DNA from: a virus | Taxonomy: Duplodnaviria; Caudoviricetes | Reading direction: 5' to 3' (one strand) | DNA: 56,435 bases | IMG/VR virus record: IMGVR_UViG_3300049437_000244 | Span: 1 to 56,435 of that record | Shown here: one piece after another, positions 47,521 through 54,849 of the stretch | Layout: each line of letters opens with the position of its first letter | How positions within the stretch are numbered: the first letter of the stretch is position 1 | Program-made: the position numbers and the translations under genes | The notes under the pieces: generated by a model | What the model was told of the DNA's origin: nothing | Database searches by the model: none | What the model saw: the letters and a program-made list of their open reading frames with translations, nothing else

Positions 47521-49689
47521 ATGAGGAGATGCGCAGGTCCTCAGGAGCTAGGCCAGGCGGCAGCCGAACGACGCCGCCGGGCAGCGCTCCGGACGTTGGC
47601 CCTGGTGGCCGCAGGAACAGCTTCATTGCTGGCCGTTAACTCGCCGCTTCGGGCGGCAGTCGTGGAGCGTGTGGATGTTCGCGAAGCGCTCAACCCCCAT
47701 CGAAGTCTCTACGTTACGTTCTCGGGGCTCGTGCTCGGAACGGCTGGTAGGCCGGTGGCCCAGGCCACTGTCGCGGTCGAAAAGACCACGGTTCTGACGG
47801 ACGCACGAGGCTTCTTCCGTTTGACGGTCCAGAGTCCACCGGAGGGGCGTGAACGGCGATTCGTACTGAGCATCCGCAAAGAGGGATACGGCTTGCTGTC
47901 TCGGGTCTACGACGCGGGAATCGAAAAGGGCCGTTGGATCCTCACCGAGGCCACCACGACGCGCATCGACCCCCGCCAGACGAACGTCATACGGGACACG
48001 AGACGGCTGGTCACGTGCACCGGGACATTGAGCAGTCAGGTCGACTGGTCGGCGTACGAAGAACGGAGACAGCCCCGCCGCATCGATGCGCAGGGTACGT
48101 ACGTCGGCGAAGCATCCAGTGCCGTCAAGAGCGCCATGCTCTTCGCGGAAAATGCCAGAGACTGTAACGAGGGCATTACCCTCTCCATCCCCGCCAACAC
48201 GCTGGTGGATCGCGAGGGCAGGCTCCCCGGTGGCAAGGTCTCGATCACCCTGTCGACCGTGGACATCTACTCTCCCTCGTCGATGCCTGGCGACTATGGA
48301 GTGAGCCTCCCCGACGGGAGCGGGTACATGCTCACTTACGGTGCGGGGACGATCACCGCGACCGCCCAGGGCCGCAGCTATCAGCCGCGAACGGGCGCCG
48401 CCACGACGCTGACCATCCCCGTGAACCGTGCTCAGCTCGGTCACGCGAAGCTACCCGCCGCCGTTCCGCTATTGCTCTACGATGAGGAACGGGGACTCTG
48501 GCGGCAGACCGGTCAGGCCCGATTCGACTCCAAGCAAGGTGCCTTCGTCGCCCAGGTCGAGCACTTCTCGGCATTCAACATGGATCTGGTGAAAACGGAT
48601 CAGGCCTGCGTCCGCGTAGACAGCACAGGCATCACGGATGACTATGATCTCGAGGTCACCGTTCCGTCGGACACAGGTACGGTCGTCCGCACCCACCCAA
48701 TCGACAATACGCCCGAGAAGATCCACGTCGTCTACAACTTGCCGAGTAACACCGACATCGGCCTTCGGGCCCTCCGTTCGCAGGGCATCCTGGTTGTGCC
48801 CGTCTCCGACACCGTCTCCGTCAACACCCATGCGCCACAGTCTCCCGCGACGCCCAACGCTCCTGCCTATCCGTATGACATCTGCAACGGTAAGGCCGTC
48901 ATCTCGCAGCGCCCGCTCGCCCCCGTCCTCAGCGGTCCGGCGACATCGACCGGCACATTCGTGCTCCATTGGGAGTACCACTGGGCAGGACTCGCCAGCA
49001 ACAGCGACGGGTTCATCCTCGAGGAATCGAATTCCTCTTCAAGCAGTGGCTTCTCCGTGCTCGCTTCGACCGTGAACCAGAATGACCACCGAGCCGCTGT
49101 GGACTATCAGGTCGCAAAGACGGTGAATGGAACGTACTGGTACCGAGTCCGCGCGAAGACCGCGATGGGCTACTCGCCCGACAGCAACATCGCGGAGGTT
49201 CTCGTCGACACCGGTAACCAGACGCCTATGCCGACGACGCTGAGAATCCACAATGACCTCTACGGGGCAGGCGACTGGGACATGTGGAACGGACTGATAC
49301 GTGTCCGCATTGCAACAACCTGCGAGGCGGCAATGGCCGGAGCCGGCGAGCGTCTCTTCCCTTACGAGTCGACGACCGATGTGGCGAACCTGGAGCGAAT
49401 CGCCCCGAACGAGACCCGGGATTATGACGTGAGCACGGTGCAGCTCGCCTCCGGAAATACCTACTGCCTCTTCATCCAGGCCGGTTGGTGGGACTACTTC
49501 TGTTTCGGTTCCTGCGCTTGGACCAAGCATGACACGGAGGTCATAGGCTGCCACGGACAAGTCGACACCAAGTCCGCGCCAGTCAGGATCGAAAGACCGT
49601 TCCGCGATCCCGAGTACATCAGGGTGAGCGATTTCCTACCGAACCTCTCGAGCTGGGAAGGACATCCCGGGTGCGCATATAGGCCTTGA
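47521..49689 (+). CDS. Secreted multi-domain beta-sandwich protein (carboxypeptidase-regulatory-like + FN3-like), moron
   Basis: Signal peptide, G.V....GRPVAQATV...TDARGFF, VEHFSAFNMD, YWYRVRA. Opposite strand to the neighbouring genes. Confidence 0.75.
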   Translation: MRRCAGPQELGQAAAERRRRAALRTLALVAAGTASLLAVNSPLRAAVVERVDVREALNPHRSLYVTFSGLVLGTAGRPVAQATVAVEKTTVLTDARGFFRLTVQSPPEGRERRFVLSIRKEGYGLLSRVYDAGIEKGRWILTEATTTRIDPRQTNVIRDTRRLVTCTGTLSSQVDWSAYEERRQPRRIDAQGTYVGEASSAVKSAMLFAENARDCNEGITLSIPANTLVDREGRLPGGKVSITLSTVDIYSPSSMPGDYGVSLPDGSGYMLTYGAGTITATAQGRSYQPRTGAATTLTIPVNRAQLGHAKLPAAVPLLLYDEERGLWRQTGQARFDSKQGAFVAQVEHFSAFNMDLVKTDQACVRVDSTGITDDYDLEVTVPSDTGTVVRTHPIDNTPEKIHVVYNLPSNTDIGLRALRSQGILVVPVSDTVSVNTHAPQSPATPNAPAYPYDICNGKAVISQRPLAPVLSGPATSTGTFVLHWEYHWAGLASNSDGFILEESNSSSSSGFSVLASTVNQNDHRAAVDYQVAKTVNGTYWYRVRAKTAMGYSPDSNIAEVLVDTGNQTPMPTTLRIHNDLYGAGDWDMWNGLIRVRIATTCEAAMAGAGERLFPYESTTDVANLERIAPNETRDYDVSTVQLASGNTYCLFIQAGWWDYFCFGSCAWTKHDTEVIGCHGQVDTKSAPVRIERPFRDPEYIRVSDFLPNLSSWEGHPGCAYRP

Positions 49690-50072
49690 CTTCGTCTGAC
49701 AACGGACTTGAGCGGTCCGGTCGTCCCGGTCGCTTGACTCTTTCCTCCTAGACCACCCAGAGTCCGCGCTGATCTCTTCGGGGTGAGCTCCGGCGGCCTC
49801 GAGGCCGTTCTGAGGTTCGCTGTGCTTGGGCACGCGCCGCACATATTGGCCGGTGGCCGCGCGACGGCTATAGGCCCAGGCCAACCCGGACGCACCCCTC
49901 AGCGATGAGCTGGCGGCGCTCGCTGGCCACGCCCCAGGGGTTGGCGGGCTAGACGGCGGAGTCGAGGGAATGAACCAAGCGGGCGGGGTCCTCGCTGATG
50001 CGAGCCGCCGCCATCTTAGCCCTCTCCTACAAGCGGCGCCGACCTCGCATAGGCCCTGCCCCGGATTGCCCG

Positions 50073-51341
50073 TCACTCCTCTTGCCGGACGACACGATCA
50101 TTCTTCGATCGCTCGCGCGCAAATTCGTGGGAGATTCGGGCTGAGGAAATTCCCTGAAGAACCACGTAGGCGGACATCAATGGGCTGCGGAAGCGGAACC
50201 TGAACCGGTGCTTCGCCCCTGTCTTCTGAAGCACCGACGCACGGCTCGCCTCACAGAACTCCTTAATGTGTCGCGCGAAACTAGGAATATCGAGGGTTCT
50301 GCCCGTGATCTTACGGAGAGGATCTCTCACACCTGCTGCCTGGAAGTAACCCAGGTCATCGGACTCAGCGAGTGCACACGCCAGTAGAACGTCCGGATAG
50401 AGGCTTGCCTTCTTGGGGCTGCTCACGGCACGTACGTAGTCCTTCCGAACAGACTGCTGCGCGTCCTGGATGGCCTTCTCGACAGCGCGGTCTACATGGC
50501 CGGTATTACAGACCTCTTCGCCCGCAAGGATCGCTGCTGTTGCGGAGTTTAGACCGAGGAGGTGCGTGAAATGAGGGAGACCGACCGAGAGGAAGCAGAC
50601 CTGGTCTGCCGCGTCTGGTTCAATCCTCATCCCGAGTCTTGAGAATCCCCTTTCGAGAATTTCAGATAGCTCTTGCGTTGACATTCTTGGCATCTGCACC
50701 TGTACGAGCGCTCGCTCCACTGACTGATGTTCCGCGATGAGTTCCTCGACGGTATCCGCAACGCCGACCAGCATCAGCATCGCGCTTACGCCAAGATCGG
50801 AGAGGATCTTGATGGTATCGGCGAAGAGCCGCCTATCCCTTGAGGCAGAAATCCGATCGAACTCGTCGATGATCACGAGTACCACGAGCGCTTGGGACGA
50901 GAGCGATTCAAGCGCTCGTCGCACGTCGTCCGGCGATATCACATCTGGCAACAGGTCGAGAATCGGGACCTTCGCGGGAACAGGCGGCTTCGACTCAAAG
51001 CCCACTGGAGTCGGCTGCTGCTGGAGGACGTGGATGCTCGAAAAGACCTTTCGCCAGACAGACGAAAAGGTGTCGCTCGAATCACAGACGACATGCGGTG
51101 CTATGGTGTTCGCCCGGCTGAACACCCCCCTCACGATGTTCGCGAGGGAGGTCTTTCCGACCCCTCGCTCGCCATAGACGATGACGTGCCTACCTCTCTG
51201 CATCAGGGTATCGACGACGGTCTGCAGCTTCTCGACTCGTCCCGCAAACAACGCCTGTTCGTTCACGGGAGCCGCCGGAGTGAAAACCCTTCCCGCTTCC
51301 ATTCGTTTCTTGATGATCTCGTCGTTGTCGCTCATGCGCAT
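50073..51341 (-). CDS. AAA+ / STAND-like ATPase (Cdc6/Orc1-like fold), moron
   Basis: FAGR, Walker A YGERGVGKTS, Walker B VIIDEFD, GLPH. Visibly lower GC. Confidence 0.8.
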   Translation of the reverse strand: MRMSDNDEIIKKRMEAGRVFTPAAPVNEQALFAGRVEKLQTVVDTLMQRGRHVIVYGERGVGKTSLANIVRGVFSRANTIAPHVVCDSSDTFSSVWRKVFSSIHVLQQQPTPVGFESKPPVPAKVPILDLLPDVISPDDVRRALESLSSQALVVLVIIDEFDRISASRDRRLFADTIKILSDLGVSAMLMLVGVADTVEELIAEHQSVERALVQVQMPRMSTQELSEILERGFSRLGMRIEPDAADQVCFLSVGLPHFTHLLGLNSATAAILAGEEVCNTGHVDRAVEKAIQDAQQSVRKDYVRAVSSPKKASLYPDVLLACALAESDDLGYFQAAGVRDPLRKITGRTLDIPSFARHIKEFCEASRASVLQKTGAKHRFRFRFRSPLMSAYVVLQGISSARISHEFARERSKNDRVVRQEE

Positions 51342-51430
51342 ACTATACAGTGAGTCGCGCAACTTGCGAGCTTATTAGCGCTACCGTGCACAACACTTGT
51401 GTGCGGTCCGCCTCGAAATCCGATCGATCA

Positions 51431-52150
51431 CTACCTCACCGCCACCCACCCCGCGAAGTTGAACCACCGCCAGAAGCACTCCACCCGCGAGAACCCGGCC
51501 TCGCGGAGTAGCTCCTCGTTCCACTTCGCCGTCACCGGCACGAGCACCCCCTCGAGCGAGAGCGCCTTCCGGAGGATCGCCTCTTCCGAGTAGCCGTTCG
51601 CCTTCTTCAACTCGCGGTAGAGCTTCACGAACAGCGCGTCGAGCTCGGCGTTCGGGACGAGGATCTTCTCCACAAGGATCAGCGCTCCTCCCGGGGCCGT
51701 CGCCTCGAACATCCGCCTCACGATGTGAGGCCGGTGCTCGATCGGCGTGAACTGGAGGGTCAGCACCGACAGCGTCACCGAGGCCCGGACCGGCGGGTAC
51801 TCGTTCCGGAGGTCGAGGTCCTGGACCCGCATGATCCCCGCCTCGATCCACCCGCAGAACCGCTCGCGGACGGCCTCGAGCATTGGCCTCGAGGTGTCCA
51901 CAAGAACGAACTGGTTTCGGGCCCCGAAGCGGTCCACGAATGGCGCGATGCCCTCCCCTCTCGAGCAGCCTACGTCCACGATCGAAGTCGCCTTCTGGAC
52001 GAAGCGCGCGCCCATGTCGAAGACCGCGCTCCTCATCCCGCGGTAGTCCGGGACGGAGCGCTGGAGCATGTCGTCGAAGGCGTCCGTCACCTTCCGATCG
52101 AAAGCCCACCTGCCCTCGGGCATCGTCTGGTCGATCACGTTCTCGGCCAT
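51431..52150 (-). CDS. cmoA: CmoA-like carboxy-S-adenosylmethionine synthase
   Basis: WAFD..V...FDDMLQRSVP.Y, DVGCSRG, LTLQF, PGGALILVEK, KKANGYSE and WFNF all match CmoA. Confidence 0.85.
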   Translation of the reverse strand: MAENVIDQTMPEGRWAFDRKVTDAFDDMLQRSVPDYRGMRSAVFDMGARFVQKATSIVDVGCSRGEGIAPFVDRFGARNQFVLVDTSRPMLEAVRERFCGWIEAGIMRVQDLDLRNEYPPVRASVTLSVLTLQFTPIEHRPHIVRRMFEATAPGGALILVEKILVPNAELDALFVKLYRELKKANGYSEEAILRKALSLEGVLVPVTAKWNEELLREAGFSRVECFWRWFNFAGWVAVR

Positions 52151-53250
52151 CAGCTCCTGACCTCCTTCAGAACCTCGTCTCGGATCGTCCTGGCGACGCA
52201 GGCCATCATCACGGGAGGTACCGAGCGCCCGAGGCGCTCCCATTGCTGGTCGTAGGTCCCCGTCAGCTGGAAGTCGTCGGGGAACCCGCTCATCCTCTTC
52301 AACTCGGCGATCGTGAAAGTCCGCGGCACGGCCCAGTGGTAGAGCACCGGCCGCGCCTGCAGCACGGTGTGACTCGGCTTCTCGGGCGAGAGTCGGAAGT
52401 GGGTCATGAACGCCTCGCGCCCATGCCGGCGAAGGAAGGCGCGGCCCAGCCCCATCGTGTCGCCCGGGACCGACTCCTCCCAGAGGAGCCGCGTCATCGT
52501 CCCCTTCGGCAGGATCTTCAGGAGCCTAGTCTTCGAATCTCCCGTGTCCCACCGAAGGTCAGGCGGCGCCAGCCCTTCAAGGGCCTCTCCCATCGAGTAG
52601 CGGTACGGCAGGGGCCGCGGGAAGGCGGGCGGGCGCTCGAGGTCCTCGCGGACCCCCACGAAGATCAGTCGCTGCCTCATCTGCGGTACCCCGAGCCACT
52701 GAGCGTCGAGGAGCCGCGCACCGACGCGGTACCCGCAGCTCCGGAGCTCGGCGAGGATCCGCTTGAAGTAGCCCTTCGCCGTCCCCTTCACGAGGCCCGA
52801 GACGTTCTCGGCGACGAACGCCCGCGGCTGCAAGCCGCGCAGGAGCCGGGCGTACTCGAAGAACAGGTCGTCGACGCGTTGCGACGTCTCGGAGTAGGCC
52901 TTCACCTTCCCCCAGCTCGCCTCGCGCTTCCCCGCCGTGCTGAAGGCCGCGCAGGGAGGGGAGCCGTCGAAGAGGCCGATCTCCCCTTCCCGGAGTCCCG
53001 TCGCCTCGAGGATGTCGGCCGGTCGCACCGTCCGGATGTCGCGGGTGTCGAGGATCGTCCCCGGGTGATTGAGCCGGTAGACCTCCTGAGCCGACTCGAT
53101 GAACTCGGAGGCCCAGGCAACCCGGAAGCCGGCCATCTTGTAGCCGAGCGAGGATCCCCCGCAGCCCGAGAACGTCGACACCACCGTGAGCCCGTTCCAC
53201 GGCAGTTCCGCGATCTCGCGCATGGAGCGGACGCGGTAGGGAGGCCTCAT
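52150..53250 (-). CDS. C5-cytosine DNA methyltransferase fold, predicted carboxymethyltransferase
   Basis: Motif I FSGCGG, IV GSPPCAAFS, VI AENV, VIII PQMRQR, IX ELKRMSGFP, X LGRSVPP (R in place of N). Confidence 0.9.
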   Translation of the reverse strand: MRPPYRVRSMREIAELPWNGLTVVSTFSGCGGSSLGYKMAGFRVAWASEFIESAQEVYRLNHPGTILDTRDIRTVRPADILEATGLREGEIGLFDGSPPCAAFSTAGKREASWGKVKAYSETSQRVDDLFFEYARLLRGLQPRAFVAENVSGLVKGTAKGYFKRILAELRSCGYRVGARLLDAQWLGVPQMRQRLIFVGVREDLERPPAFPRPLPYRYSMGEALEGLAPPDLRWDTGDSKTRLLKILPKGTMTRLLWEESVPGDTMGLGRAFLRRHGREAFMTHFRLSPEKPSHTVLQARPVLYHWAVPRTFTIAELKRMSGFPDDFQLTGTYDQQWERLGRSVPPVMMACVARTIRDEVLKEVRS

Positions 53251-53501
53251 CACGGCTCCCACCTCGCCTTCCCCGTCTCGATCACGGCAGCGATCGCGAA
53301 CTCGACGTCGGGGCCGTACCCGATCGCCCGGCAGAGGATCTCCTCCTCGCGATCGAAGTCCTCGAGGGGGAGCCCGCTCTCGAGCTTCACGGCGCGAATC
53401 CGCCCGACCAGATCGAACCTCCTCCGGAGCCGGACGAAGAGCTCGTCGTCGACGGCGTCGACCGCGTCGCGCAGCTCAGCGAGGCTTTCCGGACCACTCA
53501 T
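53250..53501 (-). CDS. AroQ-type (type II) chorismate mutase
   Basis: LAELRDAVDAVDDEL...RRRFDLV..I..VK...GLPLEDFDREEEIL matches CM_2. ATG at 53501; stop overlaps the methylase ATG. Confidence 0.8.
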   Translation of the reverse strand: MSGPESLAELRDAVDAVDDELFVRLRRRFDLVGRIRAVKLESGLPLEDFDREEEILCRAIGYGPDVEFAIAAVIETGKARWEP

Positions 53502-54012
53502 AGCCGCACATCGGACAGTGGTAGTCGGTCGGGATCGACTGGTCGTACTGGTGGAACTCGGTCGGGGGCGTCGGCTCGGGCTGGGCCTTCGGGTCATCCT
53601 TCGCGCGAGGGACCGGCGGCTCGAGACCGCGGAGCATGTTCCGGACCGCGGCGCTCTGGAACTCGATCCCCTCGAGGAGGGACGCGAAGGCGGTCCCGTC
53701 CCTCTCCGCCATCCCCGCGAGCGGGTCGACCGTCGCGAGGAGCTTGGCGGCTTCATCCTCGGTCACGTCGAGGACGAGGACCGGCACGAGCTGATCCGGG
53801 GTCGTCTCGGCCCGGAGGTGGCCGTCAATGAGCTCGAGGGTCCCGTCCGGGAGCTCGCGCGCCAGTAGGGCGTCGGCGTAGCCCACCTCGGCGAGGACGC
53901 CCTGGAGGGCCTCACGCTGCGCCTTCGGGTGAACGCGCCAGTTCCTCGGATTCGGCCGGAGATCCGCGGCGCGCACACGCCGCAGGTCCTTGATGCGATC
54001 TCTGACTTGCAT
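53476..54012 (-). CDS. ParB/Srx-like N-terminal domain protein with C-terminal Zn ribbon
   Basis: DLRPNPRNWRVH...LIDGHLR; HCPMCGYEW. Confidence 0.85.
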   Translation of the reverse strand: MQVRDRIKDLRRVRAADLRPNPRNWRVHPKAQREALQGVLAEVGYADALLARELPDGTLELIDGHLRAETTPDQLVPVLVLDVTEDEAAKLLATVDPLAGMAERDGTAFASLLEGIEFQSAAVRNMLRGLEPPVPRAKDDPKAQPEPTPPTEFHQYDQSIPTDYHCPMCGYEWSGKPR

Positions 54013-54013
54013 T

Positions 54014-54259
54014 TCAGGCTCCTACTCGCAGGCTTCGTTTCGGGTAGCAGGTGCCGGCGGGACCCACCTCGGTCTCCACGGTCAACGTCCTGTGGCCGCA
54101 GGTGGCGCACCCCCAGAGCCGGAAGAACCGGTCCTCGGCGGGCGTCAGGTCCTCGGCTCCGTCCAGCCACTCCGTCATCGGCGGTGCCACGACCGTCCGG
54201 GGATCCGCCCCCGCCTCGATCGCCCTCTTCTTGCAGGCCGGGCAGCGCGGCCACGCCAT
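54014..54259 (-). CDS. Zn-finger protein (NrdR-N / Ogr-like), possible late regulator
   Basis: CPAC...CATCGHRTLTVE. Confidence 0.55.
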   Translation of the reverse strand: MAWPRCPACKKRAIEAGADPRTVVAPPMTEWLDGAEDLTPAEDRFFRLWGCATCGHRTLTVETEVGPAGTCYPKRSLRVGA

Positions 54260-54849
54260 CAGCGCGGCCCCCCGGCGACGGCGAACAGCGGAAGGTCCTC
54301 CTCCAGGCCTACGACAGCCCGAGAAGGCGCAGGCGGCACCAGGCCGGAGCTCGGCCCGCCCCCGGCGAGCAGCTGGGCCGAGAACCGCTCGAGGCCGGGC
54401 GGAGCCGCGTCGACGACGACGATCGCCCCCGCGGGCTCCCCGTAGACCTTCCCTACCCACTGCTCGACGACCTGCGCGTCGTCGCGCCAGAGGATCCCCG
54501 TGAGGGCGTCCTCGAGGGCACGGAGCAGCTTCGTCGCGTCGGGCTTCGTCGCCGGGTAGGGAGGCGCCGACGGGAGGAGACCCCGCTTCCCGAGGTGCCC
54601 CTTGAGCCGCGGGAAACGGAACAGCACCCGTAGCGAGAGCGGCCCATCGAGGAGTGTCCCCCGGTAGACCTCCCGCGCAGCCGCGACGACCGCCACGCGC
54701 CAGTCCTTGACCCGCGGGTTGGCGTCGCTGACGACCGTCGCCTGGCTGCCGTTCTCCCGGAGCACCGGGGAACCGTCCTTGTGCCGTAGCGGGAAGGCGC
54801 TCTTCGAACCGCCCGGCTGAGGAACGCCGATCACTTCGAATCGAATCAC
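54259..54849 (-). CDS. rusA: RusA-family Holliday junction resolvase
   Basis: G.PQPGGSK, KPDATKLLRALEDALTGILWRDDAQVV. Confidence 0.9.
   Translation of the reverse strand: MIRFEVIGVPQPGGSKSAFPLRHKDGSPVLRENGSQATVVSDANPRVKDWRVAVVAAAREVYRGTLLDGPLSLRVLFRFPRLKGHLGKRGLLPSAPPYPATKPDATKLLRALEDALTGILWRDDAQVVEQWVGKVYGEPAGAIVVVDAAPPGLERFSAQLLAGGGPSSGLVPPAPSRAVVGLEEDLPLFAVAGGPR

Noticed and set aside
51431-52150. CmoA as a tRNA cmo5U-modification gene
   Set aside because: No CmoB in the window and the gene is coupled to a DNA C5 transferase, so DNA is the more likely acceptor.
53502-53756. N-terminal extension of the chorismate mutase ORF in the track
   Set aside because: Low-complexity alternative frame inside the ParB-like gene; the CM domain starts at ATG 53501.
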